DNA of 64,000 nucleotides from Hyalangium minutum (GTDB lineage Bacteria; Myxococcota; Myxococcia; Myxococcales; Myxococcaceae): NCBI RefSeq assembly GCF_000737315.1, contig NZ_JMCB01000024.1, positions 62,001 to 126,000 of the forward strand, read 5' to 3'. Shown piece by piece: positions 37,865 to 47,204 of this stretch (position 1 is its first letter; each line of letters starts with the position of its first letter). The notes under the pieces were generated by a model. It saw only the letters and a program-made list of their open reading frames with translations, ran no database searches and was not told where the DNA came from. The position numbers and the translations under genes were made by a program.

Positions 37865-40800
37865 TCAAGGGGCCTGCTGGGTCTTCTCGCCCAGCACCAG
37901 GGTCCAGCTGTTCATGAAGTCGATCGGCTTGCTCTGCTGTACCGGGGTGTACTGCAGCCCACCCTGCGTATTCAGGCGGCTGGTCATGTAGAGCAGCCGG
38001 GACATCGCCGGCCCCGGGGTGGTGGGGTTGCCCTTGGAGTCCTTCAGGGCCTCCTTGAAGCGAGCGTTCAGATAGAAGGGCGGGATGGTCTGGTAGTTCA
38101 ACCGGGCACGGACCGACTGCCAGCCGCTCACCTGGGACAGGGGAATCTGGTAGACGATCGAGTCGGCACCGGGCGCGGACGCCGCGCTGTAGTCGGGATC
38201 ACTCGAGACGCTCGTGTCATTGCTGCCCAGGATGGTGCTCTTGGGCTCGGTGAGCAGGGCCAGCTGCTGGAGATTCAGCCCGAGCGCCTGCTCGTTCGCG
38301 GAGCGGCTCGCTGGCGGCACCCACCCCTTGGGCAGGATGCGGTTGTCCTTGACGTCCGTGAACTGCTGCAGCTCGGTGGACGTCAGCTGGTTGTAGTCGT
38401 CCAGCACCCGCACCTCGTAGATCTGCGCCTGGGTCTGGTCGGTGATCTTCTGGTAGTGGGGCTGGAGCTTCCGGTAGTCCGACGTGAATTCGCTCGGCAG
38501 GACGTTCTTGCCATCGGGCTGGCAGACGCCCTGGCAGATGGCGCCCCAGGTGTTGGGCTGGCCGGAGGCCCAGAGGACGTTGCCGGCCGCGTCGAGCACC
38601 TCGAACTGGATGAAGGCCCGCCGGAAGCCCGCGCCGCTGGGGAACTTGTGACCCACATTGCTCCTGAGGGTCACGGTGGCGTTCAGGTTCGAGCCACTCA
38701 CAGTGGGCGTGCCCACGAGCACCTGCACTGCGGGCGCCCGCGGGTTGAACTCGCCCTGCGAGGTGTTGGTGGCCAGGTCGAGAATGGACTGCTCGGCGTT
38801 CAGCAGGTTCTGGGCGAGGGTGTACTGCCGCCGCGCGTCCTCCAGCGGCGAGAAGGAGCCCACCGGCAGCTCCAGGGCGAGAAACAGGTCATCCACCAAG
38901 CTGCCATTCAGCAGCGTGAGCGTCAGCTTGCGAGTCCCCGGCGCGAGGGCCAGCGAGCCCTCCAGCGGGGCCCACTTCCCCGGGGTGGTGCTGGCAAGCC
39001 GGGCGGGGCTGCCTCCGGTGTCCTGCGAGAGGACGAGGGCCTGACACGCGCCGCTGGCGAGGCAGTACGAAGCGCCGCCCCAGGTCACCTTCACGGTGCC
39101 CGCCCCCTGGTCGATGGTGTCCGCGTACTGGGACACGTCGAAGCTCAAGGTCACGTCGCCCCCGCCCTGCCCTCCTCCAATGCTGAAGAAGTACTGCCCG
39201 TGGTTGGGCTGCACCACCGTGCTGCCGCTACCCGGCGCGCTCTTCACGGCCTGGATCTGGCTGCCGGCGGCCATCCAGCCATTGGCGTTGCCAGCCTCCG
39301 CGCCCGGGTTGGCGACGAGGTTGCCCGTCCGGTTCAGGATGGAGGGATCCTGGAGGTACGGAGGGATGGCCGAGTTGTTCTTCAGGTAGTACTCGATGCC
39401 CAGCACGTCCGGGAACTGCTGGAACATCTCGTGGACGAAGAGGTTGACGCCCAGCAGCGTGTGGCGGTTGTACTCGCGCGGTGTCAGGTCCGTGCTGGAG
39501 CCGTAGAACTTCGTCAGATCGCTGTTCACCTGCGCCACGTTCGAGTCGCCGGGCTCGTTGTTCACTGGGCTCGCCAGCTGCATGTGACACGTGAGGCACG
39601 AGGCCGTCTGCGTGGCGAAGCTGCTGTTGAGCCACTCGAAGTAGGTCGTCTGCTCATAGGCCAGCCCGACGCAGGGGTCCGTGAGGAAGTTCCCGGTGAA
39701 GTTCTTCTGGGTGGGAGGGCAGCTCGCGGGCTTGACGTAGCCGCCCCGGGCCGCCGCCTGCTGGATGGTGAGCTTGTTGCTGTACTGGTCGGGCACCTTG
39801 GGCAGCACCACCACGTGGCACGAGCCGCAGACGGTCGCATCCCGCAGGTAGTTGTGGTCCGGAGCATTGGCGGTGCTGGCCGTCTCCAGGCTCAGGCCCG
39901 CAGCGGCCATGGGCGCGCCATTGAGCCCGGAGTCGGGCCCCACGACGGTGCCCGGCCGGGTGTTCATCGAGGCCGAGAACGGGAACGGGGGCGGCTGGGT
40001 CTTCTCGCCCTGATCCCTCAGGCGGTCGGAGACGCCGCTGCCGTACACGCTCTGGGTGTCGCTGCCGTAAAAGACGGTGTAGTCCTTGCCATCCCAGGGC
40101 AGGCCGCCCTCGGGCGAGGTGGCGTGGCAGCTGGAGCACGAGACACCATCCCGGCCCAGCGCGCCGTACACCGAGTAGTCCGGCTGCGCGTACTTCTCCT
40201 TGGGGAACGGGTTGTTGTAGCCGGAGTCGGACGGCGTCGAGTACAGCATGTAGTGGCTGAAGAGGAGGTTGTTCTTCTCGGCCTGGCGCTGGCCCAGCGG
40301 TGAGTGGCAGCGCAGGCAGAGGTTGTCGACCTGCTCGGGCTGGTTGGGGGACAGGCCGCGGGTGTTCTCCACCTGCGCCAGGAAGACGGGATCGCGCGCG
40401 GCCAGAGCCTTGATGGACGCGCTCCAGTCCCCAAAGAGCGACCAGTTGGACACCAGGGAGTTGGGCGGCTGCGTCTGGAACGAGGTCGAGACCGAGGGCT
40501 GCTGCCAGAACGCCATGTTGCCCAGGTTCGTCCCCTGGGCCTTCCAATCACTGTCGTGGCAGGACTGGCACACCAGGGAGGAGTTGAAGTCGCCGGACGA
40601 TACATTCAACCCGTTGTGCGCGATGTCCAGGTAGCGGTTGGGCAGCGGCGCCAGGGAGTCGCGCGTCAGGTTCGGGAAGGTGACATTGCCCACCTGGGAG
40701 TAGAAGTTCACGAACTGCTGCACCTGCGGGTCGCTGTCCGCCAGGGACAGCGTCAGCGTGTTGCCGTGGGGGAACACGGGATAGGGCGGCGACAGGTAGC

Positions 40801-40954
40801 CGTTGTCCGGGGTGACGGCGAGCGTCTGCGCGCCGGGCTTGACCATGCTCTGCTCCACCGAGGTGCAGGCGCCCACTCCCATTCCGATGCCCAGCGAGAG
40901 CACGCCTGCGGCGGCGAGGACCCACCGCAGCTTGCCATGACGTTCTGTTTTCAT
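37865..40954 (-). CDS. Multiheme cytochrome c lipoprotein (5 CxxCH) with inserted carbohydrate-binding-like domain
   Basis: Lipobox VGAC; CQSCH, CLRCH, CSSCH, CGSCH, CLTCH; insertion starting NLVANPGAEAG; C-terminal GHKFPSG..FRR domain. Confidence 0.8.
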   Translation of the reverse strand: MKTERHGKLRWVLAAAGVLSLGIGMGVGACTSVEQSMVKPGAQTLAVTPDNGYLSPPYPVFPHGNTLTLSLADSDPQVQQFVNFYSQVGNVTFPNLTRDSLAPLPNRYLDIAHNGLNVSSGDFNSSLVCQSCHDSDWKAQGTNLGNMAFWQQPSVSTSFQTQPPNSLVSNWSLFGDWSASIKALAARDPVFLAQVENTRGLSPNQPEQVDNLCLRCHSPLGQRQAEKNNLLFSHYMLYSTPSDSGYNNPFPKEKYAQPDYSVYGALGRDGVSCSSCHATSPEGGLPWDGKDYTVFYGSDTQSVYGSGVSDRLRDQGEKTQPPPFPFSASMNTRPGTVVGPDSGLNGAPMAAAGLSLETASTANAPDHNYLRDATVCGSCHVVVLPKVPDQYSNKLTIQQAAARGGYVKPASCPPTQKNFTGNFLTDPCVGLAYEQTTYFEWLNSSFATQTASCLTCHMQLASPVNNEPGDSNVAQVNSDLTKFYGSSTDLTPREYNRHTLLGVNLFVHEMFQQFPDVLGIEYYLKNNSAIPPYLQDPSILNRTGNLVANPGAEAGNANGWMAAGSQIQAVKSAPGSGSTVVQPNHGQYFFSIGGGQGGGDVTLSFDVSQYADTIDQGAGTVKVTWGGASYCLASGACQALVLSQDTGGSPARLASTTPGKWAPLEGSLALAPGTRKLTLTLLNGSLVDDLFLALELPVGSFSPLEDARRQYTLAQNLLNAEQSILDLATNTSQGEFNPRAPAVQVLVGTPTVSGSNLNATVTLRSNVGHKFPSGAGFRRAFIQFEVLDAAGNVLWASGQPNTWGAICQGVCQPDGKNVLPSEFTSDYRKLQPHYQKITDQTQAQIYEVRVLDDYNQLTSTELQQFTDVKDNRILPKGWVPPASRSANEQALGLNLQQLALLTEPKSTILGSNDTSVSSDPDYSAASAPGADSIVYQIPLSQVSGWQSVRARLNYQTIPPFYLNARFKEALKDSKGNPTTPGPAMSRLLYMTSRLNTQGGLQYTPVQQSKPIDFMNSWTLVLGEKTQQAP

Positions 40955-40984
40955 GTGTCGTTCCTGCTCAGTCGAGGAGAGGGT

Positions 40985-42118
40985 TCATCGCGCTGGAGTG
41001 AGGCTCTGTGCCAGCGCCTGCCCGCGGTGGGCCCAGAAGGGTGCCGCGGACCAGCGCTGCTCCAGCTGGTAGTAACGGTGGCGCGTCTGCAGGTGCGCCT
41101 GGAACTGCCCCTGCAGGGTGTCTTCGTAGGTGCTCAGGGCTCCCGGCTCGCCCTGAAAGTGAAGGCGCAGCGCCTCCGCGGCCAGCAGGGCGGAGCGCAG
41201 GGCGTGAGAGATGCCCTGGGAGGACAGAGGATCCAGCGTGCACGCCGCGTCGCCGGCCGCGAGCCAGCCCTCGCCATGCATGCGCTCCAGCCGGGAGAGA
41301 TTGGCCGGCAGGGCCAGCGCCTCGCCGGTGAAGTCGCAGGCCTCCAGCTTCCGCCGCGTCGCCGGAGCCCGCTCGAGCAAAGCCAGCCACGGCTCCGGGT
41401 TGCCCGGCTTCATCCCCCGGAGCGACTCGCCATCTCCCAGGAGGCCCGCCACCACGCGTCCCTGGGGCAAGAGCGCGGAGTACCACCAGCCCTCCTCACA
41501 GGCCTCCACGAGCGTGTGGGCGTCGAACGTCCGTCCGGGCTGGAGCTGGAAGAAGCCATACAGCGCGAAGGTCCGATCCACCGTCACGCGTCGCGCCCCT
41601 TGGGCCGTGGCGAAGACAGCAGATCGGCCCGTGGCATCCACGACGAACCGGGCTTGCAGCGCCAAGCGTCCGTCCGGCTCGGGCCGCTGCAGGAGGAGCC
41701 GGAAGCCGCCTGACTCCAGGCGCTCCCAGCCCGCGAGCTCCGTGGACAGATAGACGTCCACGCCATGCCGGGCTGCCTCCGTGGCCAGCATCTGGTCGAA
41801 GAGCCGCCGATCCAGGTGCCACCCCGGCCCCCAGGGGGAGTACAGGGAATCGTTGTACCCCAGCCCCGCGCTGCCCCAACTGGAGCACGTCCCGCTCGAG
41901 CGCAGGTGCCCCTGCTGCAGGAACGCCGCCCAGACGCCCAGCCTCGCCAGCAGCGTCCGGCTGTCTGGCGGGAGCGTCTCTCCGAGCCGAAGCTCCTGAT
42001 AGGCCGAGCGCTCGATCAGCGCTACGGAGAGCCCTGTGTACCTGCGCAGCGCCAGGGCCATGGCCGAGCCCGCCGGGCCGCCTCCGAGGACGGCCACGTC
42101 ATGACACGTCGGGTCCAC
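40985..42118 (-). CDS. lodB: LodB/GoxB-like FAD-dependent oxidoreductase (CTQ biogenesis; tryptophan-halogenase-like fold)
   Basis: DVAVLGGGPAG Rossmann motif, GETLPP, GWHLDRRLFD, VDATGR, GDAAC..DPLSSQG; GTG start 2 nt after the lodA stop. Confidence 0.85.
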   Translation of the reverse strand: MDPTCHDVAVLGGGPAGSAMALALRRYTGLSVALIERSAYQELRLGETLPPDSRTLLARLGVWAAFLQQGHLRSSGTCSSWGSAGLGYNDSLYSPWGPGWHLDRRLFDQMLATEAARHGVDVYLSTELAGWERLESGGFRLLLQRPEPDGRLALQARFVVDATGRSAVFATAQGARRVTVDRTFALYGFFQLQPGRTFDAHTLVEACEEGWWYSALLPQGRVVAGLLGDGESLRGMKPGNPEPWLALLERAPATRRKLEACDFTGEALALPANLSRLERMHGEGWLAAGDAACTLDPLSSQGISHALRSALLAAEALRLHFQGEPGALSTYEDTLQGQFQAHLQTRHRYYQLEQRWSAAPFWAHRGQALAQSLTPAR

Positions 42119-42120
42119 GA

Positions 42121-44043
42121 TCAGCTTCCCGAGTCCGTATGGGTCAGAGGCCGCCGCTGCACCTCCAGGAACCGAGGTGAACCGGTCCCGCTCTGCTGGA
42201 TGATGAAGCCCAGGTCCTTCCAGTTGTAGACCATCCCCTCGTCCTTGTTGAACTGGACGTCGGTGGGGCGGGTCCAGTACCCCTGCGCGACCTTGCCGTT
42301 CTCGTCGGTGTAAGAGACGTAATAGGGCCGCTGGGCGGGCCACCACCAGATCAGGCTGTGATCAATGGTCTGGTTGGAGCACTCGTTGAAGTCCGCCTGC
42401 CAGGGCAGCGCCATGTACTTGGTGAGGTCGCCCGGCTCGAGCCCGTTGCCCGCAGTGGGCTCGGTGTCCCACTGGAGGCCCGTCCCGGTGGGCGCGAGGG
42501 GCTTGATGCGGAACGGCTCGCTGTAGATCTTCAGGTTCCGGGACAGCCACGTCATCTCGATGCCCGGACAGAACGGCCCTCCGACACAGTTCTCCAGGGT
42601 GGCGCGATCCAGCTGCGCTCCCGGCCCCGAGGAGTCCGAGGGCGTGGACCTGTCGCACAAGCCCTGGTCGAACTGCCCCAGCAGGAAGTACTGGGTCGGG
42701 GTGAGGGTCATGTAGTTACTGGGCGGGGCGATGGAGTGACTGATGGGGTTATCGCCCGCGAGCTTGGGCATTAGCCCAGGCGACACGGTGTTCTCATCTC
42801 CAGGCGCCCGGAGGAACGTGAAGAACGAGGAGGCACTGCCATTGGGCAACACCAGCCCGTTGTGACCCGCGTTGCCCTGCGAGTTGACCGCGGCCACCCA
42901 CTGATAGACAGGTGGGCGGCTGAGGATGGGTTGGATCTCCGCCTGGAAGTTGGGCTTGTAATCCGGGTTCCATTTGTCCGAATAGGTGCCCGGATCGTAG
43001 ATGTCCGTGTTGTAGCCCGCCCCCTGGACGAACGCGTTGTAGATCGTGTCGTACAGGGTGACCATGTTGAGGATCTGCGGGGCATACGCTGGCGGAGCTA
43101 CCAGCACCCACGCGGGGGTCACCTCCACCTTCTCGCCCGTCTCCAGATACACCGTCGCCGAGATGGGACCGTCAGAGGTGTCATCCCACCAGAAGTTGTT
43201 GTTGGCGTAGGTGTCGATGCGCGGCTGAGGGTAGGCGTACTTCTGGATGGTAGCGTTGTACTGGTTGTAGTTGTCGGAGCCGAGGGCCTTCAAGAGGGCC
43301 GCCTCGAAGGCCTCCACGGTAGCGTAGGGCTGGTCCACCACTTGGGGCTGCAAGAGGTCGGCGATGGCCTGGGGTATCGCATTGTCGCTCACCATCGCCT
43401 TGACCACGGCCGAAGTGACGTCATAGGCCGCCGAGCACCCGGAGTTGCCCAATCCTCCCCGCACATACAGGTAGCCGCTGTTGTCCGCGGAGATCTGCCC
43501 CAGGGTGGTGATGTCACTGCCCTCCGGGATCAAGCCCTTGGGAGGGAAGCTCTCGGGATATCCCATGGGGGCCTGCCCCTTGGCGAAGTCCGCTTGCTGA
43601 GGGGTCGAGTGGATGCCCCGGCAGGAGATGGTCCGAGGGCCGGAGTCAATGATGAAGGTGTTGCGATCCTTCCCCTCGCTCCTCGGGTTCCTCAGCGGCT
43701 GGTTCGAGTGGTTGCCGTCAGACCCGTAGGTCTGTGAAAACTCGTACCAAGAGGCCTTCTTGTTGGCCAGGTGCACCGTCCACTCGATGTCCTGGATGTT
43801 GCCCTGTCCCGGGCCCACGGGCCGCCCGTTCGGGCTCGTGGAGTCATAGGCATACACCTGGAAGCGAGCCGCCTGCCTCCGAAGCCCTCCCGCGTTGTCC
43901 CGGAACTGGGTGACAGGTGTCTTGCCATCCAGCTCGAGGGGCAGCCCTCCCGCGGTGACCGGCGCGATGTAGTACTCCTGGCTGTTCCCAACGCGTGCAA
44001 TGCCAATCGCTGGATGGATCTTGTAGGTCGTGCTTGTGCTCAT
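42121..44043 (-). CDS. lodA: LodA/GoxA family cysteine-tryptophylquinone (CTQ)-dependent oxidase
   Basis: IHPAIGIARVGNS, WTVHLANKKA, N..WWDDTSDG, GGPFCPGIE, PGDLTKYMALPWQADFNEC (D-x3-C) and WWPAQRP (CTQ Trp). Confidence 0.9.
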   Translation of the reverse strand: MSTSTTYKIHPAIGIARVGNSQEYYIAPVTAGGLPLELDGKTPVTQFRDNAGGLRRQAARFQVYAYDSTSPNGRPVGPGQGNIQDIEWTVHLANKKASWYEFSQTYGSDGNHSNQPLRNPRSEGKDRNTFIIDSGPRTISCRGIHSTPQQADFAKGQAPMGYPESFPPKGLIPEGSDITTLGQISADNSGYLYVRGGLGNSGCSAAYDVTSAVVKAMVSDNAIPQAIADLLQPQVVDQPYATVEAFEAALLKALGSDNYNQYNATIQKYAYPQPRIDTYANNNFWWDDTSDGPISATVYLETGEKVEVTPAWVLVAPPAYAPQILNMVTLYDTIYNAFVQGAGYNTDIYDPGTYSDKWNPDYKPNFQAEIQPILSRPPVYQWVAAVNSQGNAGHNGLVLPNGSASSFFTFLRAPGDENTVSPGLMPKLAGDNPISHSIAPPSNYMTLTPTQYFLLGQFDQGLCDRSTPSDSSGPGAQLDRATLENCVGGPFCPGIEMTWLSRNLKIYSEPFRIKPLAPTGTGLQWDTEPTAGNGLEPGDLTKYMALPWQADFNECSNQTIDHSLIWWWPAQRPYYVSYTDENGKVAQGYWTRPTDVQFNKDEGMVYNWKDLGFIIQQSGTGSPRFLEVQRRPLTHTDSGS

Positions 44044-44140
44044 ACGGTCCCCGTGGGGGCGTCACCGCGCCATGGGGACAAGGTAAATGAAAGGCTTTCA
44101 ACATGACAAGCACCGAAAGCCTCTCAGGGTCGATATTTTT

Positions 44141-44193
44141 CTGACATGTCAGTGATTATTGCTGACACGTCAATGGGACGGCTGACATGTCAG
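44141..44193. promoter_or_regulatory. Three TGACA(T/C)GTCA palindromes at 21/20-nt spacing upstream of lodA
   Basis: CTGACATGTCAG 44141-44152, CTGACACGTCA 44162-44172, CTGACATGTCAG 44182-44193, in an AT-richer intergenic gap. Confidence 0.6.
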
Positions 44194-44203
44194 CCCCGGC
44201 CAC

Positions 44204-45082
44204 TCAGAACGAGTGCGAGCCCTCGCCGGAGGAGTTGCCAAAACCCTCGATGATTCCCCGGTTCTGCGGCACCGTGCACGGGCAGACCTCATAGCGGCAC
44301 GGGTTGGGCGCGTCCCAGAGTCGGAGCGTCCCGTCAAAGATGTTGCCCAAATGGCCATCCCCAAAGCGCTTCCCCGGGTAGCAGGAGAACGCATCTCCCT
44401 TGGGGTGGATGATGAAGTACTTGCTGCCCGCGTGGCATAAGCGCCCCTTGAGCTGGTAGCCGCGGTTTATCTGCGAGGGCGACACCATGTCCCCAAACGC
44501 CCGGTCGATGCGCCAGCGGTCCACCCAGCCGTACTTCGCGGGCTGTCCATTCACGCGCATCAGCTGCGGGTAGAACTTGATGCCCGCGCCCTCGAAGCGC
44601 TCGCGGCTCTCCGCCACTTCGGGGACATGGCCGGGGACCACCACGCTGTTCACCACGAAGGTGGCGCGAGGCCACTTGGCCAGCAACTCCTTCACCGCAC
44701 GGGCCTTCTCGAAGAACTCGGCCTCCTCTACCTCCTCGCGGTGCAGCGAGCACGAGAAGGTCCGCAGCTGCTCTCCCGCCGCCTCGATAAAGGTGGAGAT
44801 GACCCGCAGCGGCGCGGACAGGTTGGTGAGCAGGGACACCTTGTGCCCCGCTGCCGCAAGCCGTTGCGCTACCTCGGGCAGCCGCTTGAGCATGAAGGGC
44901 TCGCCGCCAGAGATCTTGAACTCCCAGCTCCCGGGGAGCGCCGTGAGGGTGGCGAGCGCCGCCTCGAGCTGCTCGTCCGTGGGCCCGCCGATGCCGGGCA
45001 TGTGCTTCTGGACGCAGTAGGTGCAGCGGTAGTTGCACCCACCGACGATGTTCCAGCTCACCGTGGGCCGAGGACCGCTCAT
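44204..45082 (-). CDS. Radical SAM protein with C-terminal Cys cluster (twitch-like)
   Basis: CNYRCTYC, ISGGEPF, LTNL; C-terminal CHAG..IHPKGDAFSC..CRYEVCPC; ATGA overlap with the upstream gene. Confidence 0.88.
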   Translation of the reverse strand: MSGPRPTVSWNIVGGCNYRCTYCVQKHMPGIGGPTDEQLEAALATLTALPGSWEFKISGGEPFMLKRLPEVAQRLAAAGHKVSLLTNLSAPLRVISTFIEAAGEQLRTFSCSLHREEVEEAEFFEKARAVKELLAKWPRATFVVNSVVVPGHVPEVAESRERFEGAGIKFYPQLMRVNGQPAKYGWVDRWRIDRAFGDMVSPSQINRGYQLKGRLCHAGSKYFIIHPKGDAFSCYPGKRFGDGHLGNIFDGTLRLWDAPNPCRYEVCPCTVPQNRGIIEGFGNSSGEGSHSF

Positions 45083-46119
45083 GGCAGCTCCCCTGCCTCG
45101 AGCATCTCGCGCAAGTCCCGGGCCGCCGCAAAGTTCATGTCGTGCTTCCCGCAGCGCGCGCAGCCTGGGTAGTACTCGCCCCGGTGGAGGCGCTGGCGCA
45201 CGGCCTCGTACGCGGGAGCGCGCCACACCTCCTTGAAGGGACCGTCCTTCACGTGCCCGGCCTCGATGTGCTCGCAGCAGAAGAAGACGCGCCCATCCAC
45301 GTAGACACGGCTGTAGAGGTAGCCCGCGAAGCACCCGGTCTCCTGCCCCGAGGGCCACTTCCCCGAGAGCTGCGCCTCATACGCGTCCAAGTTGTGCTTC
45401 ACCTTTAGCGCCTTGGCGAGCTTGCGCGCCGCGGGGATGAGCTCTGCGAGGACCTGCTGCTTCTGCTCGGCGGTGAGCGCGTGGTGCTCGGTGCCCTTGG
45501 GCACGTCGCCGACCTTGAAGGAGGAGCGTGCGCCCAGCTCGTGCGCCAGCCGCACCATCTCCGGGAGCTCCGTGTAGTTCACCCGGTTGATGACCTGCAC
45601 GAGGTTCACCGCCGTGGTGTCCCCCACCTGCCGGACGCCCTCCTTGAGCCGGTGGAAGGTCTCCAGCGGCTGGTTGGGGTGATAGGCCACGTACGTCTCC
45701 GGCGACGCGGAGGCCATGTTCAGCAGGAGCTGGTCCACCGCCAGTGCCCGTACCCGCTCCCAGGCACAGAGCGTCCCGTTGGTAATGATGGTGAGCCGCA
45801 GGCCCCGGGCCTTCACCTTCTCGATGAAGCCGTAGATGTCCGGATGCGTGAAGGGCTCGCCGCCGCCGCTGATGACAATGCGCTCGGCGCCGGCCTCGGC
45901 GGACTCATCCACCATGCGGTGGAAGGTGGCCGCGTCCATCCGCTGCCGCTTCCACGCCACGGGCTTGGGCACCGCCAGGTCCGGCGCGTAGTTCCAGCAG
46001 GTGATGCAGTCCAGGTTGCACGCGTTGGTGACGTCCAGGTGGACCGTCTCTGGGCCCGTGCGGGGCTTGCGCTCCAGGTAGCCCTTGAGCCGCTCTCTCA
46101 GCGCGTCTTCGTTCTTCAT
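45079..46119 (-). CDS. Radical SAM / SPASM-twitch domain protein
   Basis: CNLDCITC, SGGGEPF, ITNGT; C-terminal CFAG...DGRVFFCC...CARC; ATGA overlap with the GT gene. Confidence 0.9.
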   Translation of the reverse strand: MKNEDALRERLKGYLERKPRTGPETVHLDVTNACNLDCITCWNYAPDLAVPKPVAWKRQRMDAATFHRMVDESAEAGAERIVISGGGEPFTHPDIYGFIEKVKARGLRLTIITNGTLCAWERVRALAVDQLLLNMASASPETYVAYHPNQPLETFHRLKEGVRQVGDTTAVNLVQVINRVNYTELPEMVRLAHELGARSSFKVGDVPKGTEHHALTAEQKQQVLAELIPAARKLAKALKVKHNLDAYEAQLSGKWPSGQETGCFAGYLYSRVYVDGRVFFCCEHIEAGHVKDGPFKEVWRAPAYEAVRQRLHRGEYYPGCARCGKHDMNFAAARDLREMLEAGELP

Positions 46120-47204
46120 GCGAGCAACTCCAGCAGCGCCCGGGCCGCGGGCTCCGCACCGTTGCACTCCACCCGCTTCCGGGCCGCCGCGCTCAACCGC
46201 TCGCGCGTGGCCGGGTTCATCAGCTCGCGAACCGCCCGGGTCAGCCCCTCGCGCGTCAGCGGAGCGCACACCAGCCCTGCGTCCGCAGCGGCCACCTCCC
46301 TGGCGCGCTTCTCCTGGTCATCCACCATCCGCTCGAAGGGCACGAAGACGGAGGGGACGCCCGCGTACAGCAGCTCGTGAACAGCGTTGTAGCCAGCCGC
46401 CGTCACCGCCGCATCGAAGGCTGGGAGGAAGTCGATGGCCGGGTAGCGGCCCTGCAACACCACCGCGCCCTCCAGCGCGGGAGGCTGTTCGCGCCACAAG
46501 GGCCCGGCGCCCACCACCAGCCGCACACCGGGCAGTTCTCGCGCCACCTGGGCCGTGAGCGTCAGCGCCCGCGCGCCCTCGGGATCTCCTCCGCCGCCAA
46601 ATGAGGCGTAGAGCAGCGTGGCGTCCTGCGGCAGCCCGAGCGCCTGCCGGGCCTGCGCGCGCGAGGGCAGCTCCGAGCGCTCGCGGATGAGGATGGGTCC
46701 CACCGCGCGGGCCTTGGCGAGCTCGGGCAGCGGCCCCACCACGGAGATGTCCTCGTGGGGGATGAGGATCCGATCGTAGAGGCGCAGCGAGGCCTGGAGC
46801 AGCTCCGAGCCCGCAGACTCCTCGCGCTGCTCTCGGAAGACAAAGACGTTCTTCTGGCGCCAGCGCAGGGCGGGGATGAGCTCCTCGAAGCTGCCCGTGG
46901 GATAGGTATCCACCACGAGCACGTCCGGATCGAACGCGGCCAGCGTGTTCCACGTCACCGTCTGGACCAGCTTGAGGTAGCTGCCCTTGCGCAGACCGCA
47001 GCGCTCGCGAATTGTCTTCGAGGGCAGCTTCACCGCAGCGAAGCCCTCGCGGTAGATGACATGGTCCGCCTCGGACGAGGTGAGGAAGAGCACCTCGGCC
47101 TCGGGAGAGAGGCGCTTGAGCGCCCGAGCGATGGACAGCAGCCGGGTGACATGGCCCAGGCCCAGACCGTTGACGGCATAGAAGAGGAAGCGAGGCGCGC
47201 CCAT
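46116..47204 (-). CDS. GT-B glycosyltransferase (GT28/MurG C-terminal-like)
   Basis: FYAVNGLGLGHVTR, DVLVVD, ASFGGG, AAGYNAVHE, DQEKRA. Confidence 0.8.
   Translation of the reverse strand: MGAPRFLFYAVNGLGLGHVTRLLSIARALKRLSPEAEVLFLTSSEADHVIYREGFAAVKLPSKTIRERCGLRKGSYLKLVQTVTWNTLAAFDPDVLVVDTYPTGSFEELIPALRWRQKNVFVFREQREESAGSELLQASLRLYDRILIPHEDISVVGPLPELAKARAVGPILIRERSELPSRAQARQALGLPQDATLLYASFGGGGDPEGARALTLTAQVARELPGVRLVVGAGPLWREQPPALEGAVVLQGRYPAIDFLPAFDAAVTAAGYNAVHELLYAGVPSVFVPFERMVDDQEKRAREVAAADAGLVCAPLTREGLTRAVRELMNPATRERLSAAARKRVECNGAEPAARALLELLA

Noticed and set aside
44044-44140. Sigma-54 promoter for lodA
   Set aside because: TGGCGCG is present, but there is no GC at the required -12 spacing.
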